Part shown: piece by piece, positions 20,076 to 29,225 of the stretch
How positions within the stretch are numbered: position 1 is the first letter of the stretch
How the letters are laid out: each line of letters starts with the position of its first letter
DNA from: an uncultured bacterium
GTDB taxonomy: Bacteria > Hydrothermota > UBA3073 > NMUJ01 > CBEVQO01
Length of the DNA stretch: 64,000 bases
Assembly: GCA_965552055.1 (NCBI GenBank)
Contig: CBEVQO010000001.1
Coordinates: forward strand, 416,001-480,000
Direction: 5' to 3'
Notes under the pieces: model-generated
Seen by the model: only the letters and a program-made list of their open reading frames with translations
What the model was told of the DNA's origin: nothing
Databases searched by the model: none
Made by a program: the position numbers and the translations under genes

Positions 20076-20256
20076 TAAAATTTTTAATGCGAGCGAAGCG
20101 AGCACATTACATATGGGTTGATATGTCAGCCCATTACGGTGATGTGGGTTATTCTGGGTTTTTACGCTTTATCTTCTGATTGCGTTATAGCTGGAGTAGT
20201 AGTGGGCTGACTTAATCGGGAAGGCGGGGACAGCGGAGGCGGGGCTAAAAATTATT
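20075..20256 (+). repeat. GC-rich intergenic repeat, copy 1 (long form with internal hairpin)
   Basis: Both ends match the reverse complement of 39331-39420; internal inverted repeat 20125-20137 / 20199-20211. Confidence 0.8.
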
Positions 20257-20281
20257 GACAGAAGTAGGGATGGATTAAAAT
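20255..20281 (+). promoter_or_regulatory. Promoter TTGACA-N15-TAAAAT
   Basis: Read directly; ATG 20293 is 11 nt downstream with no SD. Confidence 0.65.
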
Positions 20282-20292
20282 AAATAAAAATT

Positions 20293-20982
20293 ATGGAAAT
20301 TTTTGTTGGAACTTCTGGATGGTATTATTCGTGGAATTTAGAAGGAACTTTTGACTGGTATCTTAAAAATTCTGGTTTAAATGCAATAGAATTGAATGCT
20401 TCTTTTTATCGCTTCCCTTTTCCCAATCAGGTAAAGAGCTGGGCAAATAAAGGGAGAAATCTCCACTGGGTTGTAAAGGTTAACCGTGCGATTACTCACA
20501 TATTCAGGTTGAATGAGAAAGCTTTTGCAAGATGGCAGAAATTTAAAAATTTATTTTCCCCTCTTGATGATTTTATTGACTTTTACTTATTTCAAATGCC
20601 ACCGAATTTTTCACCGAAATTACTTTCGAGGGTTTTTGAGTTCTTTGAAAAAACGGGTCTTAATGGGAGATTTGCCTTTGAGCCGCGTCACATTGATTTC
20701 TGGCATGAAAATGTAATTTCTGAAATAATAGAAAAAGGCATAATATTTGTATCTGTTGATGCTCCAGATTTACCAAGGACAATAATAAATTGCAAAGGAG
20801 TAATTTACCTGAGGATTCATGGCAGAACCGCGTGGTATTCCCATTATTATTCAGATGAAGAGTTAAAAGAAATTGCCGAAAAGATTTTACAACAATCTCC
20901 TGAAAAAGTTTATGTATTTTTCAACAACGACCATGCAATGCTCGAAAATGCACAAAGGTTATGGGAAATCCTTAAAGGATAG
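20293..20982 (+). CDS. DUF72 (YecE-like) protein
   Basis: VGTSGW, ELNASFYRFP, LFQMPP, FEPRH, YLRIHG, VFFNN. Confidence 0.9.
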   Translation: MEIFVGTSGWYYSWNLEGTFDWYLKNSGLNAIELNASFYRFPFPNQVKSWANKGRNLHWVVKVNRAITHIFRLNEKAFARWQKFKNLFSPLDDFIDFYLFQMPPNFSPKLLSRVFEFFEKTGLNGRFAFEPRHIDFWHENVISEIIEKGIIFVSVDAPDLPRTIINCKGVIYLRIHGRTAWYSHYYSDEELKEIAEKILQQSPEKVYVFFNNDHAMLENAQRLWEILKG

Positions 20983-20986
20983 AATA

Positions 20987-21562
20987 TTGCCACAGGATTT
21001 TTATGCAAGGGATGCAAAAGAAGTAGCAATTGATTTGCTTGGCAAAATACTTGTAAGAAGATATGGCAGGAGGTTTTTAAAAGTAAAAATAGTTGAAACG
21101 GAGGCATATTATGGACATGATGACCCTGCTTCTCGTGCATATCAGGGCAAAATTACAAGGATAAGCAAAGTTATGTATGAAGAACCTGGCATTACGCTCA
21201 TCTACATGGTGCATGGTGGCTGGCTTATGAACATAGTTACAGGTAAAAAGGGCGACGCACAGGCAGTCTTAATAAGGGCAGGAGAGCCCATCGGTGGTAT
21301 TGACCTTATGAAAAAATTCAGAAAGAAGGACAATTTGAAAGATTTAACAACAGGACCTGCAAAATTGACCGAAGCATTAAAGATTACGAAAGAACATCAT
21401 ATGATAAAAGTTTTCGATTATAATTCTCCTGTTTTCGTAATTGAGGGAGAAAGTGATTTTGAAGTGTGTAGCTCTGGCAGAATAGGGGTAAAACGCGATT
21501 TACCCGAGCCTCTTCGCTTCTATATAAAGGGAAACGAATTTGTCAGTAAAATTAAATTTTAA
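20987..21562 (+). CDS. mpg: 3-methyladenine DNA glycosylase (MPG/AAG type)
   Basis: IVETEAY, DPAS, AVLIRA.EP, GPAKL, RIGV; start set at TTG 20987 after AAGGA. Confidence 0.9.
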   Translation: MPQDFYARDAKEVAIDLLGKILVRRYGRRFLKVKIVETEAYYGHDDPASRAYQGKITRISKVMYEEPGITLIYMVHGGWLMNIVTGKKGDAQAVLIRAGEPIGGIDLMKKFRKKDNLKDLTTGPAKLTEALKITKEHHMIKVFDYNSPVFVIEGESDFEVCSSGRIGVKRDLPEPLRFYIKGNEFVSKIKF

Positions 21563-21565
21563 AAC

Positions 21566-21592
21566 TTGACAAGAAGAAATTTTGAATATAAT
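21566..21592 (+). promoter_or_regulatory. Promoter TTGACA-N15-TATAAT with an AAGGAG SD
   Basis: Both hexamers are perfect consensus. Confidence 0.75.
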
Positions 21593-21604
21593 TGAAGGAG
21601 AGCG

Positions 21605-22543
21605 ATGTATCTTGGAATTGATGTAGGTTCTGTAAGTACCGACCTTGTAGTAATCGATGAAAAATATAATGTTTTATGTGATGTTTATTTGCCGACGGCA
21701 GGTGATCCGATTTCTGCGATCAAAAAGGGGTTGAAGGAGATAAAGGAGCGTCTTGGCGAGGTAAAGATAAAGGGAGTGGGTACAACCGGTAGTGGGAGGA
21801 TGCTTGCGGGGATTGTGGTTGGTGCAGACATAGTGAAGAATGAGATAACTGCTCATGCAGTAGCTGCGATACATTATGTTCCCGATGTTCAAACTGTTAT
21901 AGAAATTGGTGGTCAGGATTCCAAGATAATAATAATAAGGGATGGTGTTCCTGTTGATTTTGCGATGAATACGGTGTGTGCTGCGGGTACCGGCTCTTTC
22001 CTTGACCATCAGGCTCATCGCCTTGGTATTCCCATTGAGAATTTCGGTGAAATGGCTTTGAAAGCGAATGCACCCACTAGGATTGCAGGAAGATGCACTG
22101 TTTTTGCTGAATCAGATATGATTCACAAGCAACAAATTGGTCATACGAAGGAAAATATAATAGCGGGTTTATGTCATGCTCTTGTTCGCAATTATCTTGC
22201 TAATGTTGCAAAGGGCAAAGAGATTCTTCCGAAAGTTGTATTTCAGGGTGGTGTTGCTGCAAATAAGGGTATGAAAGCTGCATTTGAAGAGGCACTTGGT
22301 ATGGAGGTTATAGTTCCTCCTTATCACAAAGTTATGGGAGCGATAGGTGCTGCGATGCTTGCAAAGGAATACACAAATGGTTACACAAATTTTAAAGGTT
22401 TTGATATAACCACTAAAGATTTTACTCCCAAGAGCTTTATCTGCAAGGATTGTCCTAATGAGTGTGAGATTGTGGAAATATGGAGTGGTGAGCGTTTATT
22501 AGCGCGCTGGGGGAGTATTTGTGGCAAGTGGAATGTAATTTAG
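21605..22543 (+). CDS. 2-hydroxyacyl-CoA dehydratase activator-like ATPase (BadF/BcrAD family)
   Basis: GIDVGS, TTGSG, EIGGQDSK, CAAGTG, RCTVFAES, C-terminal CKDCPNEC. Confidence 0.9.
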   Translation: MYLGIDVGSVSTDLVVIDEKYNVLCDVYLPTAGDPISAIKKGLKEIKERLGEVKIKGVGTTGSGRMLAGIVVGADIVKNEITAHAVAAIHYVPDVQTVIEIGGQDSKIIIIRDGVPVDFAMNTVCAAGTGSFLDHQAHRLGIPIENFGEMALKANAPTRIAGRCTVFAESDMIHKQQIGHTKENIIAGLCHALVRNYLANVAKGKEILPKVVFQGGVAANKGMKAAFEEALGMEVIVPPYHKVMGAIGAAMLAKEYTNGYTNFKGFDITTKDFTPKSFICKDCPNECEIVEIWSGERLLARWGSICGKWNVI

Positions 22544-22544
22544 T

Positions 22545-22628
22545 GCCGAAGTGGCGGAATGGTAGACGCGGCGGACTCAAAATCCGCTGGGGGTTAACCC
22601 CGTGGGGGTTCAAGTCCCTCCTTCGGCA
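22545..22628 (+). tRNA. tRNA-Leu(CAA), CCA not encoded
   Basis: GCCGAAG/CTTCGGC acceptor stem, GCGGA-CTCAAAA-TCCGC anticodon arm, long variable arm, GGTTCAAGTCC. Confidence 0.95.
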
Positions 22629-22634
22629 CTTGAA

Positions 22635-22946
22635 ATGTATCTGTTTATTGTAATATTTATTCTTTTAATTGCAGTTTTCGGAATCGTAATCGGTGCACAG
22701 AATTATTCTACACTTGTTGACATACAGATTTTAAACAAAACAATAAAAAGTGTTCCTCTCACACTCTTAATAATCGAATGCATCGTTGTAGGAATTGTGC
22801 TTGCTTTTATCGCAGCCATTTACGATAGAATTGTTCTATCAAGAAAATTAAGGGAAAAAGAGAAAGAAGTTAAAGACCTTTTAGAGGAGGTAAAGGCTTT
22901 AAGGATGTTACCGCCTGAGAGTAGCAGTGAAAGAGAATCTTCTTGA
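22635..22946 (+). CDS. lapA: LapA-like membrane protein
   Basis: TM-QN...V-PL-TM then coiled coil; directly before lapB. Confidence 0.75.
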   Translation: MYLFIVIFILLIAVFGIVIGAQNYSTLVDIQILNKTIKSVPLTLLIIECIVVGIVLAFIAAIYDRIVLSRKLREKEKEVKDLLEEVKALRMLPPESSSERESS

Positions 22947-23940
22947 AATTTTAACAATAGCACCTGAGAGCGAAAGAGAAGTTCTGTTGCGTAAATATAT
23001 CGACCAGAATCCGAGAGATTTAATAGCATATTTAAAACTGGGAGATATAGTCAGGGGACGCAACCCAAGGGAAGCAACGAGAATCCATCTCAGCATAATT
23101 TACACTCCGAAGATTGACAAAAAATTGAAAAAAATGGCATTAAAAAGCTTGATAAAAGATTCACTCCAGGATAATAATGTTGAGCGCGCAATTTTTTATG
23201 CAAAAGAAATTTTGAAAATAGATTCAAGGGATATTGAAACTTATGAAATTTTATACAAACTTTATGAAGAAGTTGAAAACTGGGAAGGTGCTGTTCATAC
23301 TTTTGATGAGTTAAGGAAAATTCGCAAACAAAAAAGTGACATGGAAGAGGCATCCCGGCTTTATGCACTTTGGGGCAAAAGTTTACTGGATAAAGGTGAA
23401 GATAAGAAAGGTCTTGATAAAATAAAAGAATCTCTCAAGATAAAAGAAAATTCATTCTGGGGATTGCTGTATCTCGGCGAGTATCACAGGAAAAGGGGTG
23501 AGCTCGATAAATGCATAGAAGTGTGGGAAAAGCTTCTTTTCACTTATCCCGATAAATCCCATCTGATACTCGAGAAGCTCGAAGAAGTATTTTACGAAAG
23601 CGGTCAATATGACAAGATGGAAGATTTGTATAAAAGATTTTTGAATGAATATCAGGATAATGAAGAAGCATCTGTTCGTTTTGCCAGAATTTTACTTGCA
23701 AAGGGCGAAACGGAAAGAGCTTTAAATATACTCAGTGCAATAAAGAACAATTTCAAAGCAAAAAGAGAACTCATAAAGCTCCTGATAAAAAATGGCGAAA
23801 TTGATAAAGCATTACAGGAACTCGAAACACTTGAACCCTTACAGAAATTTATATGCAAGAATTGTAAAAGAATTTTTGATGAATTTAGTTTGAAATGTCC
23901 ACAATGTAAATCGTGGCTGACAATAGAGCCAATTTCCTGA
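22927..23940 (+). CDS. lapB: LapB-like TPR protein with C-terminal rubredoxin
   Basis: TPR repeats, AYLKLG..R....A.RIH, CKNC..CPQCKSW. Confidence 0.75.
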   Translation: MKENLLEILTIAPESEREVLLRKYIDQNPRDLIAYLKLGDIVRGRNPREATRIHLSIIYTPKIDKKLKKMALKSLIKDSLQDNNVERAIFYAKEILKIDSRDIETYEILYKLYEEVENWEGAVHTFDELRKIRKQKSDMEEASRLYALWGKSLLDKGEDKKGLDKIKESLKIKENSFWGLLYLGEYHRKRGELDKCIEVWEKLLFTYPDKSHLILEKLEEVFYESGQYDKMEDLYKRFLNEYQDNEEASVRFARILLAKGETERALNILSAIKNNFKAKRELIKLLIKNGEIDKALQELETLEPLQKFICKNCKRIFDEFSLKCPQCKSWLTIEPIS

Positions 23941-25655
23941 AAGAAAAAATCAAAAATTTACCCGATAAACCAGGTGTTTACATAATGAAAGACGCAAAAG
24001 GAAAGGTTTTGTATGTGGGTAAAGCATCTTCTTTGCAGAATCGCCTCAAATCTTATTTTTCTTCTGACCTGCCTGTAAAAACAAAGGCATTAATGAGAAA
24101 AGTTCATGACTTCGATTACATAGTTACAAAATCTGAAGCAGAAGCACTTGCACTTGAAGCAAGTTTGATAAAGTTTCATAAACCAGATTACAACATAAGA
24201 CTAAAAGACGATAAAAAATATCCTTACATAAAGATTACGATTTACGAAGATTTTCCTGCTGTTTATCCAACAAGGGATTTAAGGGATAAAAATGCAATTT
24301 ATTTTGGCCCCTATACAAGTGTAAAGACGATGAAGCGTGCGTTAAAAGCTGTTCGCGATATTTTCCCGGTAAGGATGTGCAGGACGATGCCTAAAAAAGC
24401 TTGCCTTATGTATGATATTGGCAAATGTTCGGGACCATGTGAAGGACATATCTCAAAAGAGGAATATCAAAACCTTGTGAAAAAATTTATAGATTTGTTA
24501 TCGGGTAAAACAGAGGAAGTCGAAAAATTACTTGAAAAGGAGATGAAAGAATATGCCGATGCACTTGAATTTGAGAAAGCAGCTTTAGTTCGCGATAGGT
24601 TGCTTTCGGTTCGTGACCTTGTTAAAAAGCAAAGTGTTATTTTTGATAAACCAGAAGATGCAGATGTTTTTGGTGTAGCACATGCTGGAAATGTTGCATG
24701 CTGTGAGCTCATGCATGTAAGAGAAGGAAGACTCATAGGTGCGGAACACTATATCCTTAAATGCTCAAAAGACGATAAAAATTCGCAAATTTTAAGTGCT
24801 TTCGTATCACAATATTATTCGAGCGCTTATTTTAAACCTCAAAAAGTGATAGTGCCGGAGATTGAAGATAAAGAATTAATTGAAGAGTGGCTTAAATTAA
24901 AAGTTATTATTCCTAAATCTGGCAAAGAAAAAGAAATTTTAAATTTAGCAATGGAGAATGCAAAATTACATTTGATGGAAGAGACGCCGGAAAAAATTCC
25001 TGCTGTTTTGTCGCAGTTAAAAGATATTCTAAAACTTTCTAAAGTTCCAAGAAAAATATATGCTTTTGATGTGTCGCATACTTTTGGTGATGAAATCACG
25101 GGTTCCTGTGTGGTATTTGAAGATGCCCGTCCAAAAAAATCAGAATATAGAAGGTTTAAGATTAAAACGGTTAAAAAGATAGATGATTATTCAGCGATGA
25201 GAGAAATCGTTTTTCGAAAGGTTCGCGATGATGGAGCACCTGATTTTATCCTTGTTGATGGTGGTGTAGGGCAAATAGGAGCTGCTTTAAAAGCTCTTTC
25301 GGAACTTAATGCCGATGTGCCGGTATTCGGGCTGGCAAAGCGCTTTGAGCAACTTTACACTCCTTCAGGCGAAATAGTGTCTATACCAAAAGATTCAATC
25401 GCACTAAGATTGCTTCAAAGGATAAGAAATGAAGCCCACAGATTTGCAGTAAGCTACCACAGGAAATTAAGAGATAAAATCGAATTATCTCTTACTGAAA
25501 TCCCGGGTATCGGTGAAAAGCGTGCAAAAGCTCTCTTGAAATATTTTTATACGATTGACAGGTTAAAAAAGGCATCTGTTGATGAAATAGCAAAAGTCCC
25601 CGGTATTGGTAAGCGTTACGCAGAAATAATTTACAGTTATCTCCATAAAGAATGA
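23913..25655 (+). CDS. uvrC: Excinuclease ABC subunit C
   Basis: LPDKPGVY, YVGKA, DDKKYPY, VDGG.GQ, RNEAHRFA, HhH. Confidence 0.97.
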   Translation: MADNRANFLKEKIKNLPDKPGVYIMKDAKGKVLYVGKASSLQNRLKSYFSSDLPVKTKALMRKVHDFDYIVTKSEAEALALEASLIKFHKPDYNIRLKDDKKYPYIKITIYEDFPAVYPTRDLRDKNAIYFGPYTSVKTMKRALKAVRDIFPVRMCRTMPKKACLMYDIGKCSGPCEGHISKEEYQNLVKKFIDLLSGKTEEVEKLLEKEMKEYADALEFEKAALVRDRLLSVRDLVKKQSVIFDKPEDADVFGVAHAGNVACCELMHVREGRLIGAEHYILKCSKDDKNSQILSAFVSQYYSSAYFKPQKVIVPEIEDKELIEEWLKLKVIIPKSGKEKEILNLAMENAKLHLMEETPEKIPAVLSQLKDILKLSKVPRKIYAFDVSHTFGDEITGSCVVFEDARPKKSEYRRFKIKTVKKIDDYSAMREIVFRKVRDDGAPDFILVDGGVGQIGAALKALSELNADVPVFGLAKRFEQLYTPSGEIVSIPKDSIALRLLQRIRNEAHRFAVSYHRKLRDKIELSLTEIPGIGEKRAKALLKYFYTIDRLKKASVDEIAKVPGIGKRYAEIIYSYLHKE

Positions 25656-27733
25656 AAAGAATTTCTTTATTTTCAGATGTACAATTTTTAAGGGGTGTGG
25701 GTCCAAAATATCTTCCCCTTATCAAAAAATTGTTGAAAAAAGATTCACAGAAAATAAGGGTTTATGATTTGCTTCATCATTTTCCTCGTGATTATTCAAA
25801 AAGGAAGTTGATAAAGGATTTGCGTCCAGGTGAAAAGTCCTTTATTTATGCAAGGATTATTCAGTGTGATGAAAGACAAACCAGCAAAGGTCCTGTTTTT
25901 ACAGTTGATATCAGTGATGGCACGGGCAATGTTCAATGTGCTTTCTTTAACTATTCAGAAATTGCAAAAAAGAGATTTAGATGGGGGAGACTTGTGAAAA
26001 TAGAAGGCGAGCCCCAGATGTTTGGAAAAGACCTGCAATTTGTAAATCCAATTGTAGAATTCAACCCTGAAGATAAAAAGCAAAAGTTACTTCCAGTTTA
26101 TCCTTTAACAGAAGGATTAAGATTAGAACATTTAAGATTTATAATGGAAAATGCAATGAATACGATAGAAGAAGTTGAAGAAACACTCTCGCCTAAAATC
26201 AGAGAAAAATACAATTTGATTGAGAAAAAAGTTGCTTTAAAAAATATTCACTTTCCTGAAGATGAAATAATGTTGCAGAAAGCAATCTATAGATTAAAAT
26301 TTGAAGAACTATTCTTTCTGGAACTCGCAGTTGCTCAAAAATACAGGAAATATAAAAAAATAGGGATACAGTTTGGCAAAGGAAGCAAGCTATCCCGTCA
26401 ATTTTACGAAAGATTGAAAAAAGAAAATCCCGATTTTGAACTCACACGCTCGCAGAAAAAAGTTTTGTGGGAAATTTTTCAGGATATGGAGCGTCCCGAA
26501 GCTATGAACCGTCTTTTGCAGGGCGATGTAGGAAGTGGTAAAACAATAGTTGCATCTTTTTGCATCTTAAAGGCAATAGAAAACGGCTATCAGGTTGCTT
26601 TTATGGCACCAACAGAAATACTCGCAGAACAACATTTCATATTGCTAAAAGATTATTTTGAAGAACTCGGAGTTAAAATAGCTTTATTAATAGGAAGTAC
26701 GCCAAAAAATGAAAAGGAGAAAATTTATAAAGAGCTGAAAGAGGGAGAAATCGATCTTGTGATAGGCACCCATGCCTTACTTTTTGAGAAAGTTGAATTT
26801 AAAAATCTTGGTTTTGTTGTGATTGATGAGCAGCACAAATTTGGGGTGCTACAGCGTGCCAGATTGCGTGAAAAGGGCACAGCACCTGATTTGCTCGTAA
26901 TGACAGCAACACCCATCCCACGCAGTTTGTCTCTAACTCTATACGGAGAACTTGATATCTCAACAATCGAAGAATTACCACCCGGAAGAAAACCAGTGAA
27001 AACTTACATAATATCGGAAGAAAACATAGAAGGTGTTTATAACTTTGTCAAGAAGGAACTGGATAAGGGACATCAGTGTTACATTGTCTATCCTGCAGTT
27101 GAGGAGACACAGGATGAATTGAAAACAGCAAAAGGTGAATATCGCAAATTGAAGGAAATTTTTAAAGATTATAAAGTTGGTTTGTTATATGGCAAAATGA
27201 CAGGTTATGAGAAAACAAAGGTAATGCGTGATTTCAGGGAAGGCAAAATTCAGGTTTTATGTGCCACAACAGTAATAGAAATAGGACTCGATGCTCCAAA
27301 AGCTACCTGTATCGTCATCCAGCATGCGGAAAGATTTGGATTGGCACAGCTGCATCAATTGAGGGGAAGAGTAGGAAGAAGTGAGTTGCAATCTTATTGC
27401 TTTTTAGTAGTATCAAAAAATAAAGTGAAGGATAAAGCAGCAGAGAGATTAAAAGTTTTATTGAGAGAAAACAATGGCTTTAAAATAGCACAGAAGGATT
27501 TGGAAATAAGGGGACCTGGTGAATTTTTGGGTATACGCCAGCATGGCTTTTTGCGTTTAAAAATAGCAGATATTGTGAAAGATTTCGGAATACTGAAAAG
27601 AGCAAGAGAAGCGGCATTTAATTTGATAAAAGAAGACCCTTTACTTTGTAAAGAAGAAAACAGATGTATACGCAAAGAATTTGAAAGATTGATAAATGAA
27701 GGAGAGATTTCACTTGATTTTGAAATAAGCTAA
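25652..27733 (+). CDS. recG: ATP-dependent DNA helicase RecG
   Basis: QGDVGSGKT, DEQH, MTATPIPR, LHQLRGRVGR. Confidence 0.97.
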   Translation: MKRISLFSDVQFLRGVGPKYLPLIKKLLKKDSQKIRVYDLLHHFPRDYSKRKLIKDLRPGEKSFIYARIIQCDERQTSKGPVFTVDISDGTGNVQCAFFNYSEIAKKRFRWGRLVKIEGEPQMFGKDLQFVNPIVEFNPEDKKQKLLPVYPLTEGLRLEHLRFIMENAMNTIEEVEETLSPKIREKYNLIEKKVALKNIHFPEDEIMLQKAIYRLKFEELFFLELAVAQKYRKYKKIGIQFGKGSKLSRQFYERLKKENPDFELTRSQKKVLWEIFQDMERPEAMNRLLQGDVGSGKTIVASFCILKAIENGYQVAFMAPTEILAEQHFILLKDYFEELGVKIALLIGSTPKNEKEKIYKELKEGEIDLVIGTHALLFEKVEFKNLGFVVIDEQHKFGVLQRARLREKGTAPDLLVMTATPIPRSLSLTLYGELDISTIEELPPGRKPVKTYIISEENIEGVYNFVKKELDKGHQCYIVYPAVEETQDELKTAKGEYRKLKEIFKDYKVGLLYGKMTGYEKTKVMRDFREGKIQVLCATTVIEIGLDAPKATCIVIQHAERFGLAQLHQLRGRVGRSELQSYCFLVVSKNKVKDKAAERLKVLLRENNGFKIAQKDLEIRGPGEFLGIRQHGFLRLKIADIVKDFGILKRAREAAFNLIKEDPLLCKEENRCIRKEFERLINEGEISLDFEIS

Positions 27734-29166
27734 GGGCTGTATTTTACTAAATAAGTTTTTGGATGAGGCGAGACATACATAACTTTGAATTTCTCGATGC
27801 TATCTTTGATTGCTGGTATCAGGTATTTGTAAGTGGTCATCGTCCATCTGAAAGCATCTATAACTATGTAATCTGCTTTTTTTATAGCCTGCCACATTTT
27901 TATGTGATCTGAAGTCATTGGATAGCCAAATGCTTTTCTATCCGAAAAGAACCACATAAATTCCGGTTTTCTGCACAATATTTTGGCATCCCTCTCAGTA
28001 TATTTTTTACACCATTTTGCGACATCAAAGTAAGAAATCCAGTCGGGTGGATAAGGTCTTCTAACTTGCTCGGAATACCGGAAGATAGCGATAAGGGCAA
28101 AAATTGAAAATATTGCGGTTAAAATATGTAAACCAAATTTTATCTTTTCCACGCTCTTTGAAACAAAGTATAAAACGAAAGGAAAAACAGGAAGAATGAA
28201 TCTTGCCCCGGTCCATACTTCTGGCCAGATAAGAACAACACCCATATAAAAAATCAGGATAAGATGCAAAATGTTAACTTTTCTCAATTTCAACAATGTA
28301 AAGATAAAACCTGCTATCATCAGCCCTGTAATTATTAACGATGCAAAAGTGTTTATTTTACCGATTAATAAAATTTTCGACATCAAAAATCCGCTATACA
28401 TCTTCAAATTGTGCCATATTCTTTTCAGCAAATCCAAAAATGTTATCCTCCCGAGTTCAGGTGCATATGGGTTTTTCCAGAGAAATTGTGCAAAATAACT
28501 TTCGCCTCCACCAGCATACCTGTTGCGTATAAGCCATGGCAAAATCAAAACAAAAATGATTAAAAAAGCAACTAAAAATTCGCGATATTTTTTCCTGATT
28601 AAAAGATAAAGCAAAATTGCAGGAAAATAAGCAATGCCAACGCTCCTAACATAATAAGCGAATATGCTCGCAAAGACGGAAAAAATAAGATAAAGAAATC
28701 TCCCCTCTTTTTCCCATTTCAAGAATAGATAAACAAAAAGTAAAGAAGAAAAGATAAAAGGAACTTCAGATAAAATGACAGAATGATATTTCAGAAAAAG
28801 AGGGTTTATCGCGAATAAAGGCAACAAAAAATTTACTCCTTTTTCCCATATCATTTGCAGGATAAGGTAAAATAAAATTGTGGACACCATTCCCATTAAG
28901 AAAACCCAGATTTTAAATGCCATTATATTCCTGCCGAAAAGTAAGTGAGGAATGGTCAGTAGAAAGGGGAAACCGGGCGGAAAATGTTTTGCAGCAGGCT
29001 CATCGGGCTTATAAATCTCTTTGTAACCTTTACCCGAAATTATCGATTCACACAAAGCAATATAACAAACATTATCGCCACCTGTGGATAATTTTTTATC
29101 GAATAAAAATACTCCAAAAAGAAATTGGCAACAAAGAGAAATTATAAGAATAAAGTGCTTTTTCAT
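27730..29166 (-). CDS. GT-C (PMT/ArnT-like) multi-TM glycosyltransferase
   Basis: GDN..Y..L, FPPGFP, SEVPF, PWLIRN, RFILP; many TMs. Confidence 0.7.
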   Translation of the reverse strand: MKKHFILIISLCCQFLFGVFLFDKKLSTGGDNVCYIALCESIISGKGYKEIYKPDEPAAKHFPPGFPFLLTIPHLLFGRNIMAFKIWVFLMGMVSTILFYLILQMIWEKGVNFLLPLFAINPLFLKYHSVILSEVPFIFSSLLFVYLFLKWEKEGRFLYLIFSVFASIFAYYVRSVGIAYFPAILLYLLIRKKYREFLVAFLIIFVLILPWLIRNRYAGGGESYFAQFLWKNPYAPELGRITFLDLLKRIWHNLKMYSGFLMSKILLIGKINTFASLIITGLMIAGFIFTLLKLRKVNILHLILIFYMGVVLIWPEVWTGARFILPVFPFVLYFVSKSVEKIKFGLHILTAIFSIFALIAIFRYSEQVRRPYPPDWISYFDVAKWCKKYTERDAKILCRKPEFMWFFSDRKAFGYPMTSDHIKMWQAIKKADYIVIDAFRWTMTTYKYLIPAIKDSIEKFKVMYVSPHPKTYLVKYSP

Positions 29167-29172
29167 CAAATT

Positions 29173-29199
29173 ATTTTAAATGAAATTTTATGTTGTCAA
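29173..29199 (-). promoter_or_regulatory. Promoter TTGACA-N15-TAAAAT
   Basis: ATG 29166 is 6 nt downstream; -35 overlaps the divergent que promoter. Confidence 0.7.
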
Positions 29200-29219
29200 T
29201 TCTTTTTCTTGATTATAAT
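29193..29219 (+). promoter_or_regulatory. Promoter TTGTCA-N15-TATAAT
   Basis: ATG 29226 is 6 nt downstream. Confidence 0.7.
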
Positions 29220-29225
29220 AAAATG

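Noticed and set aside
20075..20256. 6S RNA, SRP RNA or a CRISPR array in the GC-rich intergenic island
   Set aside because: No diagnostic motifs or periodic repeat-spacer units; the ends recur elsewhere as a dispersed repeat
20873..20986. Long N-terminal extensions given by the track for mpg (also lapA 22602, rplU 54721, pcm 50202, rpsP 52644)
   Set aside because: They overlap upstream genes, the tRNA or promoters; better SD-linked or family-consistent starts lie downstream
22545..22640. Integrative element at tRNA-Leu
   Set aside because: No integrase and no duplicated tRNA 3' end seen; core genes follow immediately
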